Shown here: positions 11,932-25,059 of the stretch, in pieces
How the letters are laid out: every line of letters starts with the position of its first letter
How positions within the stretch are numbered: the first letter of the stretch is position 1
The notes under the pieces: model-generated
Databases searched by the model: none
Seen by the model: the letters and a program-made list of their open reading frames with translations, nothing else
What the model was told of the DNA's origin: nothing
Made by a program: the position numbers and the translations under genes
NCBI GenBank assembly: GCA_026023565.1
Contig: JAPETS010000001.1
Location: 434,001-498,000 of the forward strand
DNA from: Cirrosporium novae-zelandiae
Lineage: Eukaryota
Reading direction: 5' to 3'
DNA length: 64,000 nucleotides

Positions 11932-14082
11932 CTACTGTTCTGTTGCAGCCTCTTCAGAAACCGAGGATTCCTCGTCCTCTACTGACGTATCATCTGTTTC
12001 GGGAGTATCGGGAGCATCGGAAGCATCATCTTCTTCTGCCATCTCAGAAGTCTCTGGTACAGTTGGATTCTCTTCAGCTTCTACATTCTCCAAGAGTTCG
12101 TCTGGCTCAGGGATTACTGATTGCTCAGGTTCCTCTTGGTCCTCTTGTGCCACTTGATTCTCTTGCCTCTCTTGTTCCACTTGATCCTCTTGCTCGCCTT
12201 GGCCCTCTTGCTCCTCATGCTCTTCTTGCACTTCTTGCACTTCTCGTTCTTCTTGTTCTTCTTGTTTTTCTGGTTCTTCTGATTCTTCTGATTCTTCTGG
12301 TTCTTCTGGTTCTTCTGGTTCTTCTGGTTCTTCTGGTTCTTGTTCTTCTTGTTTTTGTTCTTCTTGCATCCCCTGTTCCCCTTGCGCTTCTTCTTCCTCT
12401 GCTTGCTCCTCCCTCCCCTGCTCCTTTTGTTCCTCCACTACCTCCAATGTCTCTGATATCGCGGTCGGTTCGGTGAAACTGTTGACTGTGACAGTAGTTG
12501 TCTCTACAGCTGATGCAATTATCTGGGTGGTGGAGATAATCGTTGAGACCGTCACTGTTTGTGGTAGAGCTTTAACCACGTGTGGAACGGAGCTCGAGTC
12601 AGTCGTTAGGGGGAGCCTCTGGCCCTGCTGCGATGATAAATGAGGCGATAGCGCAACCAAGACAACCAGCAAACTGAGAAGAATGATAGCAATGTTCTTC
12701 TGATCCTTGACCAAAAGTAAAAGATAATTGCCGAATACCTTTAGCAGAGGGAGTTCCTCCTTTCTCTGCTGGGGTTTTGTCTGTTTGGCCTTGGGTACAT
12801 CTCCACGAGGTTCTTCCTTGGCCTTTGGTATGTCTTCATGAAGCTCCTCTTTGACCTTGGGGTCTGCTTCACGAGGTGCCTCCTTGGCTTTAGGTGGCAT
12901 TTTGTCTGGCATCGGTTTGGCATGCGTTTTTGGAGTCGGCGTTTCATTATTCCTTGACTCGGCATAGTCACCATTAGTACGGGTCCTGGCTTTCTCTCTA
13001 ATGTCCCTCTCCATTATCCACTCTTCGACCACTCTCTCGAGATTTCTCTTGACTTCATCAGGCATCCACACCCCTAGTTCGGCGTCAATTCTCTCCATTT
13101 CACGCCACGCAGCAGTCCAGGCACCCGCTCTCATGAGACCATTGGCTGCGAAAATTTTAATTTCCCACTTTCGCGAGGCGGTGTATCCCCAATCTTTAAA
13201 TTTTCTCCCGCAATCTTGACACACGTCTTCAACTCCGACATCCGCATCATCTTCGCTGTCATCGTAGTCTGTGTCACTCTCACATTCTGCGCCGATGAAG
13301 TGGCCACATTTACCGATTCTCCCACCTCGAGGCCCATTAGTTTCGAGATCCAAACTCTCCAGCAACGTCTCCTCCAGTAATTCATAGTCCTCCCTTGGAT
13401 GCGAAATCAAAACTCCCCTCTCCCTAACCATGGAACTCCCGATTCGTCCTCTTAAGACTCTCCAGTTCTCTGTAATTTCTATCGGCAGTGCCTCTTCTAG
13501 GACCTCGATTGGAACATCCTCTACCCCGGCAACAGAGCACAAAGGCGCGGGTGGAAGCACCGTGCAATGAAGTAGAACCAGCGGGTATTCTTTCTTCGGT
13601 ATTTCTTTCTTCTTCGATGGCGACGTGGAACTGGTAAGGGTGCTTCGGCCAGAATTGACTCTCATCCGACTCCCCGGTCTCGACCCGAGATACGGCGGTG
13701 TGGGGGATGACATTTGAAGCGCGCGCACCGAGGACGGACGACGGAAGGGCGAAGGGGATTTATATTGCGTATGCGAAAAGGGGGAGGTGTGGGTGTTGCT
13801 TCGCCTAGAAGCTGAGTCGAAATTAGGATCGTCCATTGGTAGAGATGAAATAGAGGTGCGTTGAGAGTCAGGAGGGGAAGAGGGAGAGGTGTAGATAACG
13901 GAGCCAGTGCCAACTGAACTAGGTGCTTGGTGGAGCTGATGTTCGTCATGTTCAATACTTTTGATGGGGTAGTCGTCTGCAGCCATCATCAGATCGCCGA
14001 GGGTCATTTTCTCATCTGGAGGTGTGTGCATCAGGTGGGAGTGGCTATGGTCGTCGTAGATTTCGAAAGATTGGTCGTCCAT
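11932..14082 (-). CDS. Conserved fungal hypothetical protein with one TM helix, S/T-rich stalk and long acidic Glu/Gln/Pro repeat tail
   Basis: Long intronless ORF; conserved-looking core KEYPLVLLHCTVLP..ERGVLISHPREDYELLEE..CGHF..CQDCG..FAANGLMRAGAWTAAWREMERID; TM NIAIILLSLLVVLVAL. Confidence 0.75.
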   Translation of the reverse strand: MDDQSFEIYDDHSHSHLMHTPPDEKMTLGDLMMAADDYPIKSIEHDEHQLHQAPSSVGTGSVIYTSPSSPPDSQRTSISSLPMDDPNFDSASRRSNTHTSPFSHTQYKSPSPFRRPSSVRALQMSSPTPPYLGSRPGSRMRVNSGRSTLTSSTSPSKKKEIPKKEYPLVLLHCTVLPPAPLCSVAGVEDVPIEVLEEALPIEITENWRVLRGRIGSSMVRERGVLISHPREDYELLEETLLESLDLETNGPRGGRIGKCGHFIGAECESDTDYDDSEDDADVGVEDVCQDCGRKFKDWGYTASRKWEIKIFAANGLMRAGAWTAAWREMERIDAELGVWMPDEVKRNLERVVEEWIMERDIREKARTRTNGDYAESRNNETPTPKTHAKPMPDKMPPKAKEAPREADPKVKEELHEDIPKAKEEPRGDVPKAKQTKPQQRKEELPLLKVFGNYLLLLVKDQKNIAIILLSLLVVLVALSPHLSSQQGQRLPLTTDSSSVPHVVKALPQTVTVSTIISTTQIIASAVETTTVTVNSFTEPTAISETLEVVEEQKEQGREEQAEEEEAQGEQGMQEEQKQEEQEPEEPEEPEEPEEPEESEESEEPEKQEEQEEREVQEVQEEHEEQEGQGEQEDQVEQERQENQVAQEDQEEPEQSVIPEPDELLENVEAEENPTVPETSEMAEEDDASDAPDTPETDDTSVEDEESSVSEEAATEQ

Positions 14083-14716
14083 TGCGGAGCATATCGATAA
14101 GGGGATATATATATCAGAGTATAATGGAGTAAGCAAGAAAGGATCGTAATACTTTGGATGCTAACAAGGTCTTGGATGAGGTTATTTCTTCCTTGTGTGT
14201 ATGTGTGTGTGTATAGGACTCTTGGATGGAGACCAAAATACCGTACTCGTCGCCACGTGCGACCCGTTTTTAGCGTCGGATATGTAGTAAAAGTTAAACC
14301 CGAAGTTTCGGGTTCATTGAAACCTGGGGTAATTACCCGATAACCCTGGAACACCTAACAGGTGCTACATCATCACAAATCCATTCCCAGTCATTAAAAA
14401 AGGCCCCTTGCCAAAGCTGGAGTTAAAAAAAGGGATGATATAATATATATCTTGACGAGGCCTTTAAACGAAACCAGCTTTCAATCAAAATAAAACCCAT
14501 TTAAATCAGACTATCGCTTGATCTGTTTGAAGGTCCCCCTGAGCTGTAATTGTGTAGCTCTACTATGCTGTCCCTTTGAGAACGTACTATTCTTCTTTGT
14601 ATTTTCAAGTTCAGTGTAGGCAAACATACCCTCTTAGTCTCTAATTACATATATACTTTTTTTTTTTTTTTTTTACTCTTGTTCTAATATTTCCTTGCTG
14701 TTATCATTCCCTATCA

Positions 14717-17219
14717 TCAGATAATATTTGCAATGCTAATTCTCGAAGTGCTTGCATTGCTCGCAGATACATGTGTTGCAGGGTTTGGATTAGATGAATG
14801 CATGTCTCCTGGCAATCCCCCAGCTTGACGTCGCTCCTGCTCTCTCAGCAAGGCGCGCAAAGACCACTGGATAGACTCCCAGCCACCCCAATCCTTCATA
14901 TCTGCCTCCGAAAGGGTCGATGGCACTGGTTCAAAGCTGTACCACGATATGGATGCGCTCGACACCTCTCGATTCAATTGCATGCCTGTTTCACTGCCTT
15001 CCCACATCCAACTATTCTCCGTACTTCCCTGAACATCACCCGAAACATAAACCATTAATTCTTCATCTCTCTCTAGATTATTTTCACCACTTTGCAGCTT
15101 GGTACCGAGAAACCTCAAAAAGAAAGCAAGATTGCGCCCACATGCAATATTCGCCATTCGCCTATCGCCAATTGCGCCGCTTGCCTGCGCGCATGTTAGA
15201 GCATCAGCATACTCGCCTCGAAAGCAGAGGAAGAGAATGCATCGCCAAATGTGTGTACAGAGCATTGTGCCTGCAGCGCTGACAAATCGTGTTCTCCAAT
15301 CCTCCGTGGCAGAAGGAAGGTTTGGATGAGAAAATCCAGACAACATACATCGGGAAAGTAACCTGGCAGTTCCTTTGGCCGTCTCAACGCAATTGTTTAT
15401 AGCAGTAATTCTCACATCCGGAGGGCAAGACGGTGAAAGATTATGCCGGTAAAGCGCCAGTAGGGAGTTTTGGAGGATAATTATTGGTGCCAGGTCCTGA
15501 GGATCAAGATAGCTGCTTGACTGAAGCGTCTGTTGGTTAGGAAGTGACGACATGCATGTACGGATATGTGACTTGAAAGCATTGAGAGTGTCGGGGGTCA
15601 GCACTGGAGAGTCAAGTGCTTTGATTAGCTGTGGGATAAAGCGAACTATGTGGATTGTCGTCAGGAGATACGTGGTGGCATTCAGCGAGTGTGAAGGAGT
15701 CACAATTCCTTGAGGCTGAATGGATAGGTCGTCAACCGGACAAGGCGAACCAGTGTCGCAGTCATTATCGTCGATCGATGGCGGTCGGAGGAGCTCGAGT
15801 GATATAAGCCTAAATCAATTGTTAGCCCTTTGGCCAGTATAAGCATAACACATTTCACGAAAGGGCCGTTGTACCTATCCCAAGCATAGACTCCCCACCA
15901 TACTCTTCGGCGCATCTCCGCTTCTAATACGGACCAAGGACCTGTCTCACGATGGAGGCCGATATCTTGGGCCAGTCGAATCGCGGTCCCGGCCCAAATC
16001 CAGGCTGCAGATTTGTTGTTGATCTCCAACAAGAAAACGCTCACGAGTAAAGCTTGTCGTACATGCTCAATTGTCAGTTCGTCGTTGAGCGTATCAATAA
16101 ATCGCATTGAGCATTCTGCAAACCTTCTTTCATCCACTGATTGACCAATGGTGGGATTTGAAGAATAGAGAGCACCTAATGCGAATACGTTGAAGAGAAG
16201 AGCTAGCCAGGTTGGGCAAGTGCTATTTGACACTGGGTTCCGGAAGATCCTTTCATACTCTCCTGAAAATGTTGGCCAATGAAGAATTGGTAACATCGGG
16301 TGGACAGAGGAATGGTATCGTTCGAGGAGATGGTCTGCAATCTCCTTTGGAGGAAGTTCGGGTACATTGGGAAAAAACTGATGTTGTGGTCGAAGCTGTC
16401 TATATGGTGCTGGAGGGCGAAAAAGGGCGCGGCCGTAAATCCGTACGTTGTTCCTTGCCTTTGATAGCTCTGGATGTGCCAAAGGTTTTCGTTTTCTTTG
16501 GGATTTGGATTCTACTTCTGGGAGTTTTAATGTGTGTTGCAGGTTCTCCGAATCCAATTCCATTGCCCCATCATCTCTACCCATTCCTTCTTTATCGAGA
16601 AGTGCCCTCAACTGGCTGATCTGCTGTTTTGCATTTGCCAGCTGTTTTTCGAGGTCCTGTACTTGCCTATCAATACGTTAGATTTTACATATGGTAGTTT
16701 CCCCTAGCTATTTCTGCTTACTCACTTGATTGATGACATTCTCCGGTTCGTCTCCTTTGTAAATTGGCAACGCACATGTCTGCTCGAGCATTCCGAACAA
16801 CTCAGGGTGTCAGTAGCATCGCACTTCACTTTACGTTCTCGGCAAGCATCGCAGCTGGGATCTTTCCGTCTCTGCCGATAGGCTCTTTTGGTGCTGGAGG
16901 ATGCCGTTGGGGAGGTGCCGGATGGAGATTCGTTACTGGGCAGCGAATCTTGCAGAGCCCCCAGCCCAGGTGATGAAATCGGTTCAGAATGCCGTGACAT
17001 GGGATTTGCTCCAAAGGCAACTGCTGGTAAGTTTATGCGACCTGAGGAGTCTGGGGGAACCTCTCCTGCTAACGGTAATCGAGTTTGATGGGCAGAAGGC
17101 ATGATAGAAACCGGAGATATTGCAGTTTGAGGAGGAAGTGGACCCGAAGTTGGATCGTAAGGAATCCGGGGCGCCGATTGCGGAATGCCATGATAGAGTG
17201 GAGGTATGTTCCGGTTCAT
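14717..17219 (-). CDS. Zn(II)2Cys6 transcription factor with fungal TF middle homology domain; tentatively COL-26/BglR/ART1-like
   Basis: CDACRERKVKCDATDTLSCSECSSRHVRC cluster followed by FTKETNRRMSSIK|QVQDLEKQ; AIRLAQDIGLHRE..EMRRRVWWGVY. Start codon is uncertain and orthology is from recall only. Confidence 0.85.
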
Positions 17220-18866
17220 ATCTTCTCGTACGACAACCTCAACTTCTTCTCCGCAGCCACGTAAAGCAGGGCAAGACAAATAATGACACCGGGTTAATTC
17301 ACCCAGAGTTAAGGTTTACCAATAATAAGGCTCCAGTGCGATGTCGAAGAAATTGTCCCACGATAGAAATCAAATCGCTGGGAGGGGGGGGCAAAACAGC
17401 AGTCGCAGACAAGTCTTTGCTACCTCAAAATGAAGAAGCGTATGAGAAAGACGATGCTGAAAGATGAATGATTTCGGGGAATCTTTCTCACTAGAGTACT
17501 TTCGCGAACGGGGCAAATTTTGGTTAAGCTGTGGCGAGCGTGTAACCTGAAAATCCGCTGTAGGATGCCTAGAATGAAAATGTACTTGATAGCCTGACGT
17601 TTGAAACCCTGGGCACTGATATCAATTGAAATCAGGCTGGCTGGCCAGCTGATAAGTCCCACCTTCTCGGGATCAAAAGAACAAGATGTCGACTACTGCA
17701 ACAGAGGACCTGCCTCTCCAGTATACAAGTGGACACGGACAGTGACTCGGCGATCCAGAGAGAACGAAGGGCAAAGAGTGTTGGGGTAAGGGGGGGGGAG
17801 TAGGGGAAACCAAAGACAACTACCTAGCAGGTGTCCTCAGCCCTGTATGTTCGACTGTGGAGGAGTCCGGGAGTGGCTCGAGGGTGATTGACGGGTAAAT
17901 TGACCAACAACAGGGGACCTGCATCAACTACAATAACCAAGCACGGTGAAAATAGGTGTATTTTTTATTTTCCACGGGACTTTTATGGCCACACACCAGG
18001 GTATTGAAGCGCGCCAGCCTCGCCTTTTTAGCGAGTGACTCGTCGGCGTCTCAGGCCGTTCTCAATTACCTTTGCAGTATTGACGATCCTATACCGAGTA
18101 GATGTGATAATTACAATGCGGTTGCAAGGATGGATTTGCCAATGCTGCAGGGTCAAGAAAATAGCAGCAGGGAGGACGGCCCACAAGGGTGGCCACTTTT
18201 TTTTTTTATTTTTTTTTTATTTTTTTTATTTCAGGAGAGAATAGAAGAAGCCATAAGCCGAAAGGAAGAAGGGACCGGTAGAGGTTTAGTTAAGGTAGTG
18301 CCGGTGGTATTAGAGAACAAAGATGAATACACAAATACTTGGTCGGAGCCGTGGTGGATAGTGGGTGTGGTAGTCGAAGAATGTGAGCACAGACGGAAGC
18401 TTTTGACAACGGCGCAAAAGCACAGGGACGAAGAACTAGTTGATGAGATGTAGTGGAGGGTCATGGTTGAAATAAGAAGTACAATTTTTTTTGTACGGGC
18501 GGCGAATCTGAATGGGTGGGGGGGATTGGGATTGGGGGTAGATGAAGTGGTGGCAGCAGCTCAGTTTGGCAGAAGTTGCAGTTAATTGCGGCAGTGGCAG
18601 TTCTGTCAGATTGGTAGAGAATTAGGTGGTGGTTGGCCGTGGGAACATTGATCTCTACATGGCTCCAGCGTTATTTTTGGAGAAGGGGGGGGGGGGAGAA
18701 AGAAGGCCTAGAAGGGTTTCCCTGAGGCGGAAGGCGATGTGAGAAGAGAAGTTAGAGGAGCATCAGGGACTGTGGAGGGTGGCTTGTTTCAGCATCAGTT
18801 AATGCCATGGTCCCTCAACAGGTCCTTGAACCTATTTAGTAGTTTTGTTTAGGTAAAGGATTAGCA

Positions 18867-18927
18867 GTGAGTTAAGGTGAATTAAGGTGAATTAACGTGA
18901 ATTAACGTGAGTTAACGTGAGTTAACC
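18867..18927. repeat. 10-bp tandem repeat GTGA(A/G)TTAA(G/C) x6
   Basis: gtgagttaag gtgaattaag gtgaattaac gtgaattaac gtgagttaac gtgagttaac seen directly. Confidence 0.9.
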
Positions 18928-19340
18928 ATGGATGAACAATCGTTTTAGGAAAGAGTTGGAACTTTGGTTGGTATTGGTATTCCCGGGTCCCTGCCCAGTG
19001 CCTGTATTTTGTCCATCTTGCCGTACTGCCGTACTGGGTGGGGGGGTACTAGATGTACTAGATGGTACGAGATGGTACTGGGATCGAGGATGAATGGATT
19101 GAAGTTTATGATTTCCCCGGCATTGGGGAACTCAAAGGACTAGAGCCAAAGCCAATTTATATCTATGTTGGCAGATTGGCAGGAAAAGGGTGGCCAAACT
19201 ACAAAGTACCACACAAACACAAACACAAGCCACATACCACAAGGAACAAAGTTTGCAAAGTAAGTACTTTTTACTTAAGTAATTATGGGAAATGCAGTTC
19301 CAAGTTCCACTAGTTGTGCCGATCCCCAAGTGTGGATTTT

Positions 19341-19561
19341 ATTTTATTTATTTTATTTATTTTATTTATTTTATTTATTTTATTCGAGTTTTGTTGCTCG
19401 TGAGTGCCGACCGAGGGGTGGGAAATTTTCAGGTTCAGGGTCCAGGATTTGTTTGTTCGTGCGCCCCGACCTTCGGGTCCTTTTTGACTTAAGTACTTAG
19501 TAGGTAGGTCCTTAACAAACTAAAAAGGACCTACCATTTCCGGAGACTTTGCCGAACAAGC

Positions 19562-19603
<42 letters not shown>

Positions 19604-19745
19604 TGCGAAAGAAACGCCAAGAAATCCGAAAAACTTGGAAAAGACAATAAGGGCAAATCAATCAGTCAATCAATCAATCAATCAATCTGCAATCAATCTG
19701 CAATCAATCTGCATAATAACAATAACAATAACAATAATAATAATC
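19341..19745. repeat. Microsatellite cluster: (TTTATTTAT)n, (GA)n, (CAAT)n/(CAATCAATCTG)n, (ACAATA)n
   Basis: Seen directly in the intergenic region between the two TF genes. Confidence 0.85.
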
Positions 19746-20176
19746 TTAAAAATTTAAAACAAAAAAGTCTCAAATAACTAACATCCTCCTACATGTACTG
19801 CACATCCCTCCCTCAACTGGAATCCCTAATTAGGTATCCTGGTATCTACTACACCTCAGTAAGTAATCCAAGGGATCCAGGTCACTAATACAAGGTGACA
19901 AGGATAGTAATTAAAAAGGTTCCCAAGGCCATTTTTCCCCGCGCTGGGGGCTGTCAGGCTTCGGGTCAGACTCGGATAAAGGCAATGATGCCGATTGGAT
20001 GGCTCCTTTTCCCTACCCCCCTCTCCCTCCCCTTGTTGCACCTTCGGACCGAAGAGGCTTCCAGATCCTTTAATGCTTCTGGTCCTTCTGGTCCTTCTGG
20101 TCACTTTCCCGATGCCAAGTCCGTCCACCACACGGCACCACGGAATCTCACAGATTTATACTTTCTAGTTCTCCAT

Positions 20177-20233
20177 AGGAACTGCTAGGAACTGCTAGGG
20201 ACTGCTAGGGACTGCTAGGAACTGCTCGGGACT
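20177..20233. repeat. 10-bp tandem repeat TAGG(A/G)ACTGC x5-6
   Basis: taggaactgc taggaactgc tagggactgc tagggactgc taggaactgc seen directly. Confidence 0.9.
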
Positions 20234-20648
20234 GGGTCAGACCAAGTTTCACCTTCACTGATCCCTTCCCATTCCTACAGCTATCACTCCTTTATTATCA
20301 TCATCGCCATGTCTCATTTGCACCCTCATTCTTTCCACCCATTCATTCCCACCACCGTCCTGCTCCACATTTTATTCCACTCTACATTCAAACTGCATTC
20401 TGCAGCCCAGCCCAGCTCCACAGTGACAACAGACATCCATCTCCTTTGAGAATGCCAAACACAACTAACATTTGCCGCTTCACGGGTACAAAAAATATCC
20501 TATCCCCCATTTTGATACCCTTCCCTACATACTTTAAAACAGGAAAGAAGGCTGGATATGTCATGCATGACATCATTCGCTAATCCCACATCCAATAACC
20601 ACTTTACCATACCCCAACGCCAAACAACCCAGATCTAAGCCTCCCCCG

Positions 20649-23600
20649 TCACTGTACGCCTCCCGCACTTCCTGAAACTCCGTCCGCTGGACTATCCAGA
20701 AGATTAAATATCTCTTGCGGGAGGTACTCAAGCCAGGGTATCATATCTCCGCGCAACGCGCTCATATCAATATCCTGACTTTCAATCATCAAATCGGCAA
20801 AAGGGCTATCAATTCCCGGAATCCCTCCCGGAAGGTTCGAATTGATATTACTCATGGAATCCATTGAACCAGTGGTATTTATGTTGTGCAAGTAATTATA
20901 TCCTGGATGGGCAATGGCTGTAGACGCTCCCGCATTATATCCAGCACCCTGGTGAGATCTAGCATTTGATATGTATGGCGAGTCAAGGTTGAGAAGCATA
21001 TCCGCCCGCGAAGTAGGACCATGTCCTGTTAGACTGGGGTACTTTGCTGTCGAAGTAGACATGTTCGCAAGCGATGAATGACGTGAGTGCTGACCATGAG
21101 CCGAGGAGCCATAAGGGACGTTGGACCCGACAGCAGAATATTGAGTGCTAGCTGCACCGGTAGAATCAAAAGGAACATGTGAAGCCTTTGGTGAAAACTC
21201 CATATGAGCGGTGGCCGATGTAGTACCCTCAAAAGGAGCCTGGTAAAGAAAGCTCAAGCTAGGGTTTGGGGAATTTGTGGTGCCTGTGAGAGACCAGCCA
21301 ATAGCTACGATACGATACGATACACGTAAGCAAAACTGCTCGTAAAAGTCCGGACAAGATACAAAATAGGTCGATGAGCTTACCGTGACTTGGATCGATC
21401 TTTGGAGAAGCCGGAATTTCTAACATATCTTTCCCAGCCGCCATAGATTGCGTATCATCCCCTGTGGCCTTCATCCCCAAGGAAAGGGGTCCCATGAAAG
21501 CAGTGCTTCTCCTCCAGCCAGGCGTGTTGAAAGCTGGCTTGGGGGTTGGTTGTTCCACCGCAGAATCCATCTCTTCGGTCGTATATAGTAACGGATCAAG
21601 ATTGCCCTTCGCTTTTTGGTCAAGAGCTGTGATGATATATTTTGTGCCTGCCCAATAAGTTTCTAGGGACTTTAGCGCCTGATAACAACGCTGGTAGTTT
21701 TGTGTTGCTTGGGTAGCAAGGAGACAATGTTTCGTGGACGGCTTGTGTACAAGGGAGGATGAATCAGCATTAGTATGGGAAACTCGCCTGCTGTTTGTAG
21801 AAGGAAACACATTTCCGTTATTCTCGGTGACAGCAGATTTGGAATTATCTGCTGTTGTATCATGAGGGTGAAGGGGAGGTGTACAGGCTCTAGACTCCGG
21901 GTTCGAAGCTGTTTGCGCAGCACTCTCCATCAAAAAGGCGCATGCAGCTATATACATCGGCTGGCTAGTGAATGGATTGCCTATGAAGCTCTTTGCATCA
22001 ACCAGTTCTGCAAAGGATAGAATATCGGCAATCGTCTTGGCTGATGACATTGATAGCTCTCGACTATTGGGAACGATTTGCTGGATCCCACCTCCAAGTG
22101 AGTGTAGTAATGTCGGTTGATGGAGGAGAACGATAAGGGTGTGGAACCAGAAATGGAGCAAAATGAAATTGGTGCCCTCGCCAGCATTGACGTAGTATTG
22201 AAAGTTTTTGACGTTAAAGTGAAGTTTAGGTGAAAGCCTTTGATAAAGGCCTAATGCTAGGTGTTAGCTTTTATATCGGAAGGATAGAGGGCAGTTTTAC
22301 CGGTGAGATCGCTCTCCATGCTAGTAAGCTTTCTCAAAATCTCAGGAGTGAAGTCGCTCGCTTCTCGTGTATCGTTCAAAAGATCAGTAACCCTGCCATA
22401 AAGATGTATAATCCGTATCAAAGGGGGAAATGGAGCAGGCCATTCTCCGGACTGATCAACATCTACGGGCGAAGGAAATGATATCTCAATATCACGATCT
22501 CTGAGAGTCACTGGGCGACCTGTACCGCTACTCACTACTCGATCCAAGAAAAATATAGCCCAAAACAAATCATTCCGTGCACGTTCATTAGCCCGTTGCT
22601 CCAAGGCCTGCGTTTTATCATGAGGAGCGAAACTTAACGCCATCCTAGCATCTTTTTTCCGTCTCTTCTCTTCGTGTTTGCCAATCTGGCCGGCTTTTAC
22701 AGTTTTGGGTGTAGGACCAACACGACCCTCAAACGTAAGACCTTCAAGCTAGATGGGAGATGAGCTTCAAAGCAAGCCTAGAAGTAATAGAAAATACACT
22801 TACTTTCTGGATCCCTATATCTTGTGCCATTCTTATGGAGATTCCAAGGTACATCCACAGTCCACTATCATGGTTTGCTCCAAATTCGAAATATGCCAGT
22901 AGAAGGCACGCCTGGACAACTGCTATACTTGGACAAGAGAACGTGTCAACAATACTTGCCATGGCTCGTTGTGCAAATAACTGTCCTCGCTCTGGTTTAG
23001 GGATTTCCTGCTTAACATGGGGGTCATCTAATGATACATCTACAACCCCAGTAGAAATTAAAGTATGTGAAGAAAACCGAGCCGCAAGGGCACAAACTGC
23101 ATCCACCAAGATTGCATCAACCTTCTTCTCGCCTAGGTCACGAAGAAAACGTTCTTGCTGTAGAAACGGATAGTTACAGCCCAAATGAATAAAAAATGTC
23201 TCGCAAAGGTGATTAATTAAGGGGTCATTTGGCGCCCCATTGCTAGGGTCATAGAATGGAATATCGGCTGCTATCCGAGGTTCATGGCCACTTTGTACGG
23301 GAGTTGATGCGCTTGTAAATAGTGAAGTTCCGGGTTGGTGCATGGCAGATACGGGGGAGTCTGGCATCCTCAGCAAGGTGCATTCGTTTACAGAGAATAA
23401 AAATAATACCTCCGGATTTAGGTTGTCCATTTAATGATCTTTGATTCTCTCTTATCTGCACCACCATCTGTTTAAAACCTGGGACGATTGCCGTAGGTCC
23501 AAAATAGCGGAAGTATGGTACTTTGTTTCGAGCGTTTGGATTGAGGCCTAAATCAACGTTAATATACGTAGGATTCGAATTTAAGACGGCACTTTAATGC

Positions 23601-24262
23601 CGATGAATAGTCTTACTGCTGGCAGGACTGGTCGCATCATCTGTGGGAGGTTGAGACGATCTATCGTGTTCCTGCAAGATTTTCCGTCCAGTATCAAAGT
23701 AGCTTGGTGGGTGGTTGTGCTCCTCATTTATGGGAGTACGATCCTCTTGTATTTTTGGCATCTTCCCCTGGGAAATAGTAGAATCCCGGTCCTTTTCCGG
23801 TGAAGGTGATTTTTGGACTTCTTTATCATCATTGCGAGGTTGTGATGGGTTTGCGCGTTGGCCTGGGGGTCGGGTTTGATCTTCTGGGATTGTCGTTTGC
23901 TGGCCAGAGTCTGCATAACCCAGACAGGTATGCCCATAATCAGAGCAGGTCTTACAAACTGTGTACAGACTAGTGAGCAAGGCATTTCGGTCTCCAATTA
24001 AATCTAAAATAATGACTGAACGAACATACTCGGTCTTTCTCCTGAACAACGCGTCTTTCTCCGACGGCAGGTTAAGCAACTATATGTAGTCCCACCCATC
24101 AGCTTACGATCGCATAGCCGCCGCCGACAATATACATGCTCACGCTGCATTTATCCTTCGTCTCTTAGCTGGCGGTGCGCCATCATTATTCGAGACGAAT
24201 TTGATCTGACGGGGCTGCGTGGTGGTACTACTCGTCGATGGTGCTGGACTAGATAGACTCAT
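20649..24262 (-). CDS. Zn(II)2Cys6 transcription factor with Fungal_trans domain, multi-exon
   Basis: Spliced cluster AA|CLTCRRRKTRCSGERP|ICKTCSDYGHTC; conserved-looking KVPYFRYFGPTAIVPGFKQMVV; GLWMYLGISIRMAQDIG; DLFWAIFFLDRVVSSGTGRP. Confidence 0.87.
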
Positions 24263-25059
24263 GATCCTATAATCGCTTTGGGCGCAATTGAGACTAACAC
24301 CCAATATTGTCCTCCTCAAACAAAATTCGGTATATATAGAAATCAGTCGTCGTCCAGATTTGTTGTTCAATAATATGAGTGGTGTTCGTCGTTGGATAGG
24401 TGGAGCATTGGTCTAGAATTGACCTGGGTAAACTTTACAGAAGCATTAAAAAGTGCGGGGGCCGCCCCAATCATCACATCGCCCCGTCGCCCCGTCTTCA
24501 GTAAGATCCACAGATCCACAGAAAATACTCACTTACCATGGCTGGAAGGGAGACTGTAGAATCTTTCTAAAATTGCAAATGCTTGTTTAATATTAGTTAA
24601 TTATGTTGGATCAACTTATGGATATACATAGTAAGTACCCCTATTCTCCACTATCTGCGACCTACCCCTTTAGAAATTTAGGCCAAAAAAACCCTTAATT
24701 AAGTCATCAGTACCTATGAATAACTCGACATGACTAGTCGGTCGTCACTTGCTTATGCTATAGAAACAGGGGGGTGAGGTAAACGTATATAAAACCTAGA
24801 ACAGATGATAAGATCTTCTAATCGAGACAGGTGTAACATCTAGCATTTGCTATTCTAGTTTTAGATAGATATGCTTTCTAATAGGAATATAACATCCTAA
24901 CCCAATGTCTTTTCAGGCAATGCTTGATATAATATAAGCATAGTTCAAATCAAATCAAATCTATCATGACCACCTAGGACAGCAGTCGGAGTGGAGTTAC
25001 CGCGTTCTAATGGAACAAGTCATCATTCATAGTTCCTCATCAAGTACCCTCATCCAAAA

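Noticed and set aside
11895..12476. 193-aa Leu/Val-rich plus-strand ORF
   Set aside because: Antisense shadow of the GAA-rich acidic repeat of the minus-strand gene.
18867..18927. Short direct repeats as a CRISPR-like array
   Set aside because: Head-to-tail 10-bp units without spacers in a eukaryotic genome; ordinary minisatellite.
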